Position numbers and translations under genes: made by a program
Assembly: GCA_002269645.1 (NCBI GenBank)
Contig: NIVC01001201.1
Location: 124,001 to 188,000, forward strand
DNA length: 64,000 nucleotides
Direction: 5' to 3'
DNA from: Macrostomum lignano
Lineage: Eukaryota
The notes under the pieces: model-generated
Told to the model about the DNA's origin: nothing
Databases searched by the model: none
What the model saw: the letters and a program-made list of their open reading frames with translations, nothing else
In this document: positions 39,405 to 52,500 of the stretch, piece by piece
Position numbering within the stretch: position 1 is the first letter of the stretch
Layout of the letters: each line of letters opens with the position of its first letter

Positions 39405-40615
39405 ATCTATAAGCTTGGATGCTGGGGGATCTTAAGATTGAGATGCAGGGACTGTGGGATCTTGGGATTGAGATGCAGGGACCGTGGAATCTTGGGATTG
39501 AGATGCAGGGACTGTGGGGATCTTGGGATTGAGATGCAGGGACTGCAGAATATTGGGATTGAGATACAGGGACTAGGATCTTAGGGTTGAGATGCAGGGA
39601 CTGTGGGATCTATGGATTGAGATGTAAGGTCTGTGAGTGATATTGTGATTGAGACGCAGGGACTGTAGGATCTGGGGGATTGAGATTCAGGAACTAGCTG
39701 TGGGATCTTGGAATTGAGATGTAGGGACTGTGGCATCTTGGGATTGAGATGCAAGGACTGTGGGATCTTGGGATTGAGATTCAGGGACTAGGGAATCTTG
39801 GGGTTGAGATGCAGGGGCTGTGGGGAATCTTGGGGTTGAGATGCAGGGACTGTGGAGATCTTGGGATTGAGATGCAGGGACTGTAGAAATCTTGGGATTG
39901 AGATGCATGGACTGTGGGGATCTTGGGATTGAGATGCAGGGACTGCAGAATATTGGGATTGAGATACAGGGACTGGGATCTTAGGGTTGAGATGCAGGGA
40001 CTGTGGGATCTATGGATTGAGATGTAAGGTCTGTGAGTGATATTGTGATTGAGACGCAGGGACTGTAGGATCTGGGGGATTGAGATTCAGGAAATAGCTG
40101 TGGGATCTTGGAATTGAGATGTAGGGACTGTGGCATCTTGGGATTGAGATGCAAGGACTGTGGGATCTTGGGATTGAGATTCAGGGACTAGGGAATCTTG
40201 GGGTTGAGATGCAGGGGCTGTGGGGAATGTTGGGGTTGAGATGCAGGAACTGTGGGGAATCTTGGGATTGAGATGCAGGGGCTGTGGGAAATCTTAGGGT
40301 TGAGATGCAGGAACTGTGCGGACTCTTGGGATTGAGATGTAAGGTCTGTGAGTGATATTGTGATTGAGACGCAGGGACTGTAGGATCTGGGGGATTGAGA
40401 TTCAGGAACTAGCTGTGGGATCTTGGAATTGAGATGTAGGGACTGTGGCATCTTGGGATTGAGATGCAAGGACTGTGGGATCTTGGGATTGAGATTCAGG
40501 GACTAGGGAATCTTGGGGTTGAGATGCAGGGGCTGTGGGGAATCTTGGGGTTGAGATGCAGGGACTGTGGGGAATCTTGGGATTGAGATGCAGGGGCTGT
40601 GGGGAATCATGGGAC
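39405..40615. repeat. ~30-bp minisatellite (GGGATTGAGATGCAGGGACTGTGGGATCTT) with recurring variant blocks
   Basis: Tandem units; the variant block gtgagtgatattgtgattgagacg recurs three times. Confidence 0.96.
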
Positions 40616-40869
40616 TGGAGCAGAAACTGACACCAGAAACTGGTAGCTGCATGAGGGAGCAGCGCCATGCATGGGTTCTGTTTAAGACTTAGGAGGGAAT
40701 TATAATTAAACCTGGATATTAATAGCTGGGGTTCTATATCCCGTCCATTATACTAGTTGACACACCGTCTTGCTTCTCCGCAATGTCAATGTCTACTGAC
40801 ACGGAGACCCCCCGAGACAGGTATCAGCTATCTTGAGCCGGATAAATCCTCGGCAAATATTTGACCTGC

Positions 40870-41290
40870 TGCTATCCGTAATTGCAGACATTGGGTAGCT
40901 TCGCCTTAAAACAAAAACCCGTTACGAACGTGGGCTCCTCAATGGCGTATGTATGTCTTGGTTGGCACTGAAGCTGGCTTCCGGAGTCTATTTTCCTGCT
41001 ACGATCAGGAGGATTGGCTTGAGCATTTGTGTGAGCAGTGCCGTCTTGTACATGTGGTTTGGCAGTTCTTGTAGCATACATGTGCATGTAAAGACGAACT
41101 CTTGAACGTTGACTTCATACTCATACTCGTAGCGCTTCGGCGACCTCAATCCAGTGCTTGCTCTCGAATCGTGCAGTCATCGGCACAGAGCTTCTATGCC
41201 ATGTCCATGAGGACCGGCTCCAGTGCATCTTCAGACTTCAGATCATCGTCATCATCCATCCATCCAGTCCATGGATGACTATTGACTAAT
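40870..41290 (-). mobile_element. Possible decayed DNA-transposon C-terminus with a CXC-like cysteine cluster
   Basis: Manual translation ..WMDDDDDLKSEDALEPVLMD.. and ..HVCYKNCQTTCTRRHCSHKC..; many stops. Confidence 0.3.
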
Positions 41291-41804
41291 GTGACCAGCT
41301 TTTAATTTACTAGTGCATGGATGACTATTGTGTCCCTTCTGGTTTAGAAGTCCATGGATGAATTTGGTGTCCCTTCTAGTTTAGTAGTCCATGGACGGGA
41401 AACCTCGTTACTTGGGAATTATTTTAGGAGGCAGGTTTTACCGAAAAAATACACTGCGGAGATAGGAAGTTTTCACTTTTCAGCACAAAATATTGTTATT
41501 GCTTTCGACAGGAGGCAGGCCCGGCGTTCATCTTTTGATATGTGCTGTGCCTTTCTTACAGCTCTATTGATATTCACAAAGCTTTTCGTTAAGAAATTTA
41601 AGATTTTGTGTTAATTTCTTATTCTACATACATTCCCTGTACCTACAAATCTGTAATGTGTAATAATGTGTAAAATGTGTACCTCAGAGATACTCTATGG
41701 CTGACGCTGCACCTGCAGGTACCCTACGGAGGGCACTTGGCGCTTTCTCGACTTCCTGCTGGCTGACGTCACCGCCCCGGATACGACCGGCCGCATCTGG
41801 CCCT

Positions 41805-42430
41805 GTCTTTTCTGCCTGCCTGCCTGTCTTTTTCTGCCTGCCTGCCTGTCTTTTTCTGCCTGCCTGTCTTTTTCTGCCTGCCTGCCTGTCTTTTTCTGCC
41901 TGCCTGCCTGTCTTTTCTGCCTGCCTGCCTGTCTTTTTCTGCCTGCCTGTCTGCAGGTCCTGTCCTGTTCTGTCCTGTTCTGTTCTGTCCTGTCCTGTTC
42001 TGTCCTGTTCTGTTCTGTCCTGTCCTGCCCTGTCCTGTCCTATCCTGTCCTGTCCTGCCCTGTCCTGTCCTATCCTGTCCTGTACTGTCCTGTCCTGTCC
42101 TGTCCTGCCCTATCCTGTTCTGTCCTGTCCTGTCCTGTCCTGTCCTGCCCTGCCCTGTTCTGTTCTGTCCTGTTCTGTCCTGTCCTGTCCTGTCCTGTCC
42201 TGTCCTGTTCTGTCCTGTCCTGTTCTGTCCTGTCCTGTTCTGTTCTGTCCTGCCCCCTGCCCTGTTCTGTCCTGTTCTGTCCTGTCCTGTCCTGTCCTAC
42301 CCTGCCCTGTTCTGTCCTGTTCTGTCCTGTCTTGCCCTGCCCTGTCCTGCCCTGCCCTGCCCTGTCCTGTCCTGTCCTGTTCTGTCCTGTTCTGTCCTGT
42401 CCTGTTCTGTTCTGTCCTGTTCTGTTCTGC
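41805..42430. repeat. (CTGCCTGT) and (CCTGT/TCTGT)n low-complexity array
   Basis: 5-bp periodicity. Confidence 0.97.
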
Positions 42431-43140
42431 ACTGGCCTTGCCAGCTGCGCTAACACGAGTCTCCTGTCTGTCTCTTTAAACTGAATCCCTCACCTATCAA
42501 TGTGAAACAATACCTGTGCGGGAGACCTGGGCTGACAGCACCTGAGCTGCATCGACCTTGAAAATCTATTTTACTGCATTCTCTTTTTCTCAATAGCGTC
42601 CGAGCTTGAACCCTAACGGCCCCAGCTGCTTTGGTTTCGTCTTCAAGCGATTCATTTTTCGATATGCCTCGAGATGCGGCCGTCTGGAGCAGCTGCTCAG
42701 GTTGCATGAGGTGCTAAGAACGCGGGGTTATCGTAAAAGCGTGTTTACGCATGTATATCATGGCTCATAGCATTGTGTCAAGTTCCACAGGTTTCCCTGA
42801 TGCTGATTGTCTAGTATTCACTGAGACACTCCAGCCTCCTTGAGGGGCCACGCAGTCTAAGAACCAGTTCTGCGCATAGAGCTGGGGCTGCCTGCTCACG
42901 GCTTGGCAATTCTATCTGTCAGTCTGAGCCTTTGAACTGGCAAAATTATCCACCTGCTCAATATGAGCTCAAAGCCGGGCCCCAAGCTGCCTTTGCATTT
43001 GAGCCGATGCAGCTTCTGTTGCTATGGAAACGCCTTCCCCGTCCGCAGCCGAGCTCACTGGTTGGACAGGCAGCTCCACATTTTAACAATCCCGCATCCG
43101 ATTTCTAAATAAGCCTTCGATTTGATGCCAATTTCCCAAA

Positions 43141-43398
43141 AGGTGAAATTCAGGAGAGACCCGACGCTGGTACCTTTGACAACAGGTGAAATTCAGGAGA
43201 GACCCGACGCTGGTACCTTTGACAACAGGTGGAATTCAGGAGAGACCCGACGCTGGTACCTTTGACAACAGGTGGAATTCAGGAGAGACCCGACGCTGGT
43301 ACCTTTGACAACAGGTGAAATTCAGGAGAGACCCGACGCTGGTACCTTTGACAACAGGTGAAATTCAGGAGAGACCCGACGCCGATACCCTTGACAAC
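43141..43398. repeat. 43-bp tandem repeat x6 directly upstream of the GPCR ATG
   Basis: AGGTGAAATTCAGGAGAGACCCGACGCTGGTACCTTTGACAAC at 43141, 43184, 43227, 43270, 43313, 43356. Confidence 0.97.
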
Positions 43399-43414
43399 AG
43401 GTAAAAAGCAGGAT

Positions 43415-44422
43415 ATGTCGGCCGACAATGACTCAGCCACGCCGTGCGCCATGGAAATAGCCTATGGCCGACTCATCAACTTGGACGCATCATTTTACGC
43501 GCCGTACACCATCCTAGGTGTGTTGGGAACCGTGCTCAACTTTCTGCTCCTGCTGGTATCTCGCAAGCCGCAATCGCTGTCAAAGAGGGCCACCTTCCGG
43601 CGCCTGCTGATCATGCTGGCCGTCACTGACCAGCTCCTGTGCCTCTGCCTGCTCTGCGAGATCGCCATCTACGCCTCTTTCAGCGTCCGACTGAACGGCC
43701 AGGTGGCCGACAATCCGCAGTTCGACTTCGAGCGCTTCAACTCGCCCTACGTGTTCTTCATCGGGCCGCGCGACGTCCTGCTCAGCTGGGAGTCCATCGT
43801 GATGTTCCTGCTGGCAGTGGACCGCGCTGTGGCCGTGCTGTACCCGACCTCAGCCAGGTGGAACGGACGCAGCATCAGCCGGCTGGCGGCCGGCCAGCTC
43901 GTGTGGGTGGCCCTCCTCGGCATGGGCCTCTCCCTCGGCCAGGCGTTCGCACCGGCCTGCTCCAGCCGGCAGGTGATGCTCAAGGCGCTGAAATTGATCC
44001 TGAGCGGTGCCAACGCCGCACTGGTGGTGGCCTCGGCCGCCTGCTACTCGCTGATCTTCGTCAAGCTCCGCCTGCACCAGCGGCGCGTCGGCCAGCAGCA
44101 GGGGGAAGGCGGCGCCGCCGGCGGCAGCAGTCGGGAGCAGCGGATCGGCGGCCACATGCTGAAGATCTCCATCATGCTGATGGTTCTCACCCTGACTCAG
44201 GTCGTGATGTGCCTGCCGTTCATCCTGCACTACTACCTGGCGGATTACAGCATGAGCTTCGGCCTCTACCACACGTTCCTGCTTGGCTGCTGCCTGAACC
44301 CGGTGACGCTGATCGTCTTCAAGCCGGACATTCAGCGCAGCATTGCGCAGCTGTTCAGCCGCTGCTGGCCGCGGGCCGCCGAGCAGACGCTGGTGGAGAA
44401 TTTCAGCGTTACAAACGACTGA
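43415..44422 (+). CDS. Intronless rhodopsin-like (class A) orphan GPCR, 335 aa
   Basis: Seven hydrophobic segments; TM1 GxxxN, TM2 LAxxD, TM3 LAVDRAVAVLYP, TM7 LNP; GC-rich codon usage. Confidence 0.9.
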   Translation: MSADNDSATPCAMEIAYGRLINLDASFYAPYTILGVLGTVLNFLLLLVSRKPQSLSKRATFRRLLIMLAVTDQLLCLCLLCEIAIYASFSVRLNGQVADNPQFDFERFNSPYVFFIGPRDVLLSWESIVMFLLAVDRAVAVLYPTSARWNGRSISRLAAGQLVWVALLGMGLSLGQAFAPACSSRQVMLKALKLILSGANAALVVASAACYSLIFVKLRLHQRRVGQQQGEGGAAGGSSREQRIGGHMLKISIMLMVLTLTQVVMCLPFILHYYLADYSMSFGLYHTFLLGCCLNPVTLIVFKPDIQRSIAQLFSRCWPRAAEQTLVENFSVTND

Positions 44423-45168
44423 TACTTTCGTATTTTCGTTTGAAAATGTGTTCGCGATCGGGTTTTGGTATCCACTGCTTACCACACAGATACTCTTTTA
44501 GCAGAGAGCGGCATTCCTATTCCTGAATGTGCAGCCGATGCATAGAGAACAGGCAGAAGGCAGACATCAGCTATATCTATAGTCTATGGCTTGACTGTAC
44601 TAAATGTGATGTACAACTGTGCAGTCTTTTCAGTTCACGCTAGTTCCTACTTTTTTGTACCCACCAACTCTGTCGATGAAAATGTTGACAATGCGTAATC
44701 CTGCTTTAAAATGGCACTATTTATTGTAAAAATATCAGACAACGGAAACTATAAGCACTGAAAGACGTTAGCTATGAAAATTTAATTAATTCTGAAATTT
44801 CTGCATTGCCTCTACTCTCGGAAAGCAAGCGGCAGAGTTGCTCTAAAATAATGCCCTGAAGAGCGCCATCATTTGCAATATTTTCGTGCCCCAGCTGGCT
44901 TAATTGTGACAATGAGAATGAGAAAAAACGAATTTAGAGTAAACACTGCATCAATATGGGAGCGATTCGCAAAACCGGGAAATGCAAATTAAAATACAGA
45001 TGCGTGATGCTAATTGGCAAGCAGGCAGCAAGTTGTCAGCCAATATAATAATGGCTTGTAAAAAATGGCTGTCGTTTCAGGTATGCACAACTCTCAGCCA
45101 ATGCAAAGTTGCTTTAGTGGCGGACACCAGCGTATGCGAAAGCAGATGCAGATTATTGCAACAGAATG

Positions 45169-48100
45169 ACTACTACTAAGGACGCATTTTTCCGCCCTTT
45201 TTGGAGGTGGGGTGGGTGTCAACCCTCCTCGCCTCTCATTGGCTGGCGCGCGCGCCGCAGGGGCGTGGCGCCAAGCGCCAATTAGGCGCCCATGCCGCAG
45301 GCGCACCCTACCGATATGTGCACCCTCCCGAGCCGCAGGCGCACCTACCGACATGTACCGACATGCCCACCCTCCCGATATGTACCCCGATATGTATGCC
45401 CACCCTCCCGACATGTATGCCCACCCTCCCGATATGTACCCTGATATGTATGCAGCAGGCGCCCAAACCGCAGGCGCCCCACTCTCCCAAGCCGCAGGTA
45501 CACTCTCCCGAGCCAAAGGTACACTCTCCCGAGCCAAAGGTACACTCTCCCAATACGGGTGTACACTCTCCCGACATAAAGTGTACACTCCCCCAAGTAC
45601 ACTCTCCCCAGTACACTCTCCGATATGTGTGTACACCGATATGTAGTCAACGATACGTGCCTCTTCCCCTCTCTCACCCACATCTCAACTAGCGAAATCG
45701 AACCCAGGTCGCGCCCATACTAGGCCACTACACGGTTGTGGGGTATAGGGAGCGAGAAGTTTCAACCCTAACGCTGACGCAGCCCTGTAGCAGGGGACAG
45801 ATAACAGGCGGCCCCCTGTAGCAGTATGAGGTGGGGGGTACAGAGAGACACGGGGTGCTGGGACAGAGAGGCATGTACGGGCAGAGAGGGGTGGGTGGAC
45901 AGAGAGACGGCCACTAGGTTATTATACTGTTGAAGCATAGGGAGCGAGAAGTTTTAACCCCGATGCTGACGCAGCCCTGTACAGTGAGTGTGTACGGGCA
46001 GAGGGTGGGTGGACAGAGAGATGTGAATAACACAACCTGCAGCAGGAGCCGGATAGAGAGGCGCATGCTAGGACAGAGAGGCAGTGTGAGTCACACACCC
46101 CCACAGAGAGAGCCGTACAGAGGATAGAGAGCTCCCTCCCCAGTTGCAGGGGACAGAGAGGCAGGCAGGGTATGCAGGGGCATGCGAACAGTCAAGGGGC
46201 CACGCGAGGATAGAGTGGAGGAGCAGAGATGTGTAGGGACAGAGAGCAGGCCACGCGTGCGTAGTGTGAGGGAACAGAAACATATGGAGCAGGAGGGAGA
46301 TAGGAAGCAAACGCGCTGGGTAAGGAAGCCACACAGGGCGGTACAGTGAGACACGGGCAGGGGTGGAGCCGTGCGTGGACAGAGCTGAACGGCACGGTCA
46401 GCTGCAGGAATAGGATGATAGAGAGGCGCGGAGAGGAGGGGACAGAGAGCAGTGTGCAGGGGTAGGCAGCCACGCAGGCAGGGGAACAGAGAGGCGCGTG
46501 TCAGCCAGTTGCAGCCCGGGACAGAGAAGTGTGAAGGGGGCCTGGGACAGAGTTCCGAGCAAGGCACAGAGAGGTAGGGTCCGGTAGCTATGTATAGACA
46601 GGGACCCACGCGAGGGCAGGACAGGGGAGTAGACATGCAAGTTACATGCAAGGCCAGAGAGGTGTGCGCGGAGGGAGACAGAGAGCAGTGTGTAGGGGTA
46701 GGTAACAGCAAACTTTAGTAGAGGTGCGTGCGGGGACGGAGAAACCAGTCTGAGCGTACAGAGACGTTACAGAGAGGTACACAAACATAGAACAAAGCGA
46801 GCAGAGCACATGTGTAGGGACAGAGACGTGAGGGAGAATCGACCAAAACACACTATGTATTTTCAAAAGTTGGTTTTAGTGCAACATATTTAATAGAGGG
46901 TAGTATAATAGTATGTACATAGTAGGTATAATAGTAGTAATAATAGTAAGTATATTAGCCCAAAAGGTAGGCTAAAACAGGCTAAACTGTGTGTACGCTT
47001 CCTCATCACCCCACAAGCCCCCTCTCCCGCCAGACTCACTCTTCCAAGCCCTCTTATATTGCTGTATGCAGGAAAATATAGTGTAAAAATACAGATGTTA
47101 ACCGTTAGACCGCTGAAATCAGGGCACACTAGAGGGGGTTTCGGGGTCTGCATGCTCTATGTAAGCTGCTTGAGGAGGTTCCAAGGGCGTTGGGCGGGTT
47201 TCCATTATGTTTAGAAAAAAACTAGGGGCTTAAATACAACGTTTTATTCAAAAAGTAGGTTATTTTAATGAAATAGCTGACACAATCATTGTAGAGAGTA
47301 GACATTTTTATAAGAAACCAGGCATTTTAGCAAAAATAAACCTTCAAACCACATAAAATTGAATAAAAAGCAGACATTTTCAATTATAAACCGCAAGTAT
47401 TTTAATAGAAAAGTAAGCAAACAAGGCACAAAACCAGCAAATTTTACCTTTTTTATTTTAATGTTACTGATAAGGTAGAGAGTAGAAACTTGTGAGCTGT
47501 ACGGAGTTAGAAAGTATTAACCAATATGTATCGTATGAATTATTAGTTCAGTACCAGCCATTAGTCAAGCGAGCATTTATGAAGTTATTACGAGTGATGA
47601 AGGGATAGAGAGCTATATACAGGAAGACAGTATCCTTCTAAACCACCACGAACAGATTGCTAATAGAGATAAGCTTTGTCTGTGTGCAGTATGAGTAAGC
47701 GAAGGCGGGGCAAATACTTTTCCACATGCCGGACAGAACAGTATTGTGCTAGGATTTCTCTCGAAATCGCGGTACGTTACTAGTTTTTATCACACCATCC
47801 AGATGCGTCAACTAGTCAGCAGTAGTCATTTATATGTTATTAGAACTTACAAACCCAGGTCAGGTAAATATTACAAAGAGTATATTACGTACACACGCCA
47901 ACTCCGAATACCAAGCCATACTAGTCTACTTGCAGTGCTCCTGGAGGGAAGGGACGGTCAAGAGTTACACAACAAGAATACATTCACACAAAGAGTACAA
48001 CACTCGAGCCCCGTCCATGCGCCCCGATATGTATGATGCAGGCAACCCTCCCGACATGTACCCCAACATGTATGTCGCAGGCGACCCTACCGACACGTAC

Positions 48101-49522
48101 CCCGACATGTACACCCTACCATATGGCACTAGAGCCACAGGTGCCAAGAGCCGGCAGGGCCCCCCCCCCGAAATGTACGCCGCGGGCGCCCCCCTCCCGA
48201 GCCGAAGGTACACTCTTCCAATACAAGTGTACACTCTCCCGATATGTGTGTACACCGATTTGTAGTCAACAATACCTATTAACACAAAATTAGGCTAGTG
48301 AAAACTACTTATAGTAGGTGAAATTGCGTATATTTACATAAAAAGTAAGCAAAACACATATTAATCCCATCAGTAGGTGTAAATATCGGTGCATAATACA
48401 TATTACGAAACATATAGGTGTACGGACATATAGAATTAAGCATATGGGCAGCAAAAAACACACAATGTAGGTGCATTTTATCGATATTTTGGCAGAAAAG
48501 TAGGTGAAATAGACAAAATAGTAGGTATAATACACAGCACCTACTCATTAGTGTAGTAGGCGCTTGTAGATGCTAGTATATTGTAAAACATAGGTTGAAA
48601 TACACATACGCACAGTAGATACAAGTATAATGCAGGTGCATATGCACACACCGTAGATTCAAATTATGTAGATGCATAGGCTAAAATACACACATCGTAG
48701 AGGCAGAAGCAGGCATAATGCAGGAAAATTATGATATATATTAGTGCGTAAAAGTATCATATTATGACACACTGTAGCACATATTGACATAATGCAGGGG
48801 GAAAATATTGACAGAAATAGTGCACAATTGTAGAGGTAACAACCCGCCAACTAGTAAGGACATCCAGCACTTGTTCAGGTTCTTATTATTTCGAGACGAG
48901 TGTCATGCCCCCGCAAGAGATCTTATCAGAAATTTGTTGAACTCCACGGCAACTCTCCCCAGAGCCTCCAAATGTGAGTTTTTAACCCAGGGTCGAGTAC
49001 AAAGGGCCCGCCCACTCTTAACCCCAAGGAGGGATCCTAGCGGAAACCAAGTACAGTGCGGACGGAGAGGGGTAACAGAAGCGCTGCACCAGACCACGGG
49101 GCTGCATTCCTCCCCCGAGGTAGGCGCGTCAGCTCCCACTCCTCATTCAACCATCAGGTAAACTAAAGAATTCAAGCAGAAAGCCTTACAATCACCCGAA
49201 ACCAGCACAAGTAAGAGTACTTTCCACTAGAGAGCCATAGTGCAAGATTCGCGAGCCAAGTTGAAGCACACCAATTTACACTAAAGAAATATGTATTAAA
49301 AAGCATACCGACACCTCTACAAAAACACAGTATGTACCGTTAAAAGTTGCTTTTGGTGCAGTGTATTTAATAAAAAGCAGGTACCTTAGCACAAAGTAGG
49401 CATCAATGCAGTGCACGGGCTAAACTGTATTTACAAACGCAGGTCAACGAACCACACACGTAGCGCATAGACATAATTGTACGCATAAATGTACGCAATT
49501 TCCGGTATATAGGACCACATGT

Positions 49523-49553
<31 letters not shown>

Positions 49554-52500
49554 CACCCACACACACACACAGGCGTATTCACAGCAAGAGCTTCCTGCCG
49601 ATGGCGCCATCGCCTGCGGCGATCGGTGCTGCAGGATGCGCTGCAGGATACGCCTGTGTGTGTGTGTGGGTGTGTGTGTGTGTGTGTTTGTGTGTGTGTG
49701 TACATGTGGTCCTATATACCGGAAATTGCGTACATTTATGCGTACAATTATGTCTATGCGCTACGTGTGTGGTTCGTTGACCTGCGTTTGTAAATACAGT
49801 TTAGCCCGTGCACTGCATTGATGCCTACTTTGTGCTAAGGTACCTGCTTTTTATTAAATACACTGCACCAAAAGCAACTTTTAACGGTACATACTGTGTT
49901 TTTGTAGAGGTGTCGGTATGCTTTTTAATACATATTTCTTTAGTGTAAATTGGTGTGCTTCAACTTGGCTCGCGAATCTTGCACTATGGCTCTCTAGTGG
50001 AAAGTACTCTTACTTGTGCTGGTTTCGGGTGATTGTAAGGCTTTCTGCTTGAATTCTTTAGTTTACCTGATGGTTGAATGAGGAGTGGGAGCTGACGCGC
50101 CTACCTCGGGGAGGAATGCAGCCCCGTGGTCTGGTGCAGCGCTTCTGTTACCCCTCTCCGTCCGCACTGTACTTGGTTTCCGCTAGGATCCCTCCTTGGG
50201 GTTAAGAGTGGGCGGGCCCTTTGTACTCGACCCTGGGTTAAAAACTCGCATTTGGAGGCTCTGGGGAGAGTTGCCGTGGAGTTCAACAAATTTCTGATAA
50301 GATCTCTTGCGGGGGCATGACACTCGTCTCGAAATAATAAGAACCTGAACAAGTGCTGGATGTCCTTACTAGTTGGCGGGTTGTTACCTCTACAATTGTG
50401 CACTATTTCTGTCAATATTTTCCCCCTGCATTATGTCAATATGTGCTACAGTGTGTCATAATATGATACTTTTACGCACTAATATATATCATAATTTTCC
50501 TGCATTATGCCTGCTTCTGCCTCTACGATGTGTGTATTTTAGCCTATGCATCTACATAATTTGAATCTACGGTGTGTGCATATGCACCTGCATTATACTT
50601 GTATCTACTGTGCGTATGTGTATTTCAACCTATGTTTTACAATATACTAGCATCTACAAGCGCCTACTACACTAATGAGTAGGTGCTGTGTATTATACCT
50701 ACTATTTTGTCTATTTCACCTACTTTTCTGCCAAAATATCGATAAAATGCACCTACATTGTGTGTTTTTTGCTGCCCATATGCTTAATTCTATATGTCCG
50801 TACACCTATATGTTTCGTAATATGTATTATGCACCGATATTTACACCTACTGATGGGATTAATATGTGTTTTGCTTACTTTTTATGTAAATATACGCAAT
50901 TTCACCTACTATAAGTAGTTTTCACTAGCCTAATTTTGTGTTAATAGGTATTGTTGACTACAAATCGGTGTACACACATATCGGGAGAGTGTACACTTGT
51001 ATTGGAAGAGTGTACCTTCGGCTCGGGAGGGGGGCGCCCGCGGCGTACATTTCGGGGGGGGGGCCCTGCCGGCTCTTGGCACCTGTGGCTCTAGTGCCAT
51101 ATGGTAGGGTGTACATGTCGGGGTACGTGTCGGTAGGGTCGCCTGCGACATACATGTTGGGGTACATGTCGGGAGGGTTGCCTGCATCATACATATCGGG
51201 GCGCATGGACGGGGCTCGAGTGTTGTACTCTTTGTGTGAATGTATTCTTGTTGTGTAACTCTTGACCGTCCCTTCCCTCCAGGAGCACTGCAAGTAGACT
51301 AGTATGGCTTGGTATTCGGAGTTGGCGTGTGTACGTAATATACTCTTTGTAATATTTACCTGACCTGGGTTTGTAAGTTCTAATAACATATAAATGACTA
51401 CTGCTGACTAGTTGACGCATCTGGATGGTGTGATAAAAACTAGTAACGTACCGCGATTTCGAGAGAAATCCTAGCACAATACTGTTCTGTCCGGCATGTG
51501 GAAAAGTATTTGCCCCGCCTTCGCTTACTCATACTGCACACAGACAAAGCTTATCTCTATTAGCAATCTGTTCGTGGTGGTTTAGAAGGATACTGTCTTC
51601 CTGTATATAGCTCTCTATCCCTTCATCACTCGTAATAACTTCATAAATGCTCGCTTGACTAATGGCTGGTACTGAACTAATAATTCATACGATACATATT
51701 GGTTAATACTTTCTAACTCCGTACAGCTCACAAGTTTCTACTCTCTACCTTATCAGTAACATTAAAATAAAAAAGGTAAAATTTGCTGGTTTTGTGCCTT
51801 GTTTGCTTACTTTTCTATTAAAATACTTGCGGTTTATAATTGAAAATGTCTGCTTTTTATTCAATTTTATGTGGTTTGAAGGTTTATTTTTGCTAAAATG
51901 CCTGGTTTCTTATAAAAATGTCTACTCTCTACAATGATTGTGTCAGCTATTTCATTAAAATAACCTACTTTTTGAATAAAACGTTGTATTTAAGCCCCTA
52001 GTTTTTTTCTAAACATAATGGAAACCCGCCCAACGCCCTTGGAACCTCCTCAAGCAGCTTACATAGAGCATGCAGACCCCGAAACCCCCTCTAGTGTGCC
52101 CTGATTTCAGCGGTCTAACGGTTAACATCTGTATTTTTACACTATATTTTCCTGCATACAGCAATATAAGAGGGCTTGGAAGAGTGAGTCTGGCGGGAGA
52201 GGGGGCTTGTGGGGTGATGAGGAAGCGTACACACAGTTTAGCCTGTTTTAGCCTACCTTTTGGGCTAATATACTTACTATTATTACTACTATTATACCTA
52301 CTATGTACATACTATTATACTACCCTCTATTAAATATGTTGCACTAAAACCAACTTTTGAAAATACATAGTGTGTTTTGGTCGATTCTCCCTCACGTCTC
52401 TGTCCCTACACATGTGCTCTGCTCGCTTTGTTCTATGTTTGTGTACCTCTCTGTAACGTCTCTGTACGCTCAGACTGGTTTCTCCGTCCCCGCACGCACC

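Noticed and set aside
43141-43398. CRISPR-like array (also considered for the 2388 and 61945 arrays)
   Set aside because: Units are contiguous with no unique spacers; eukaryotic context; no cas genes
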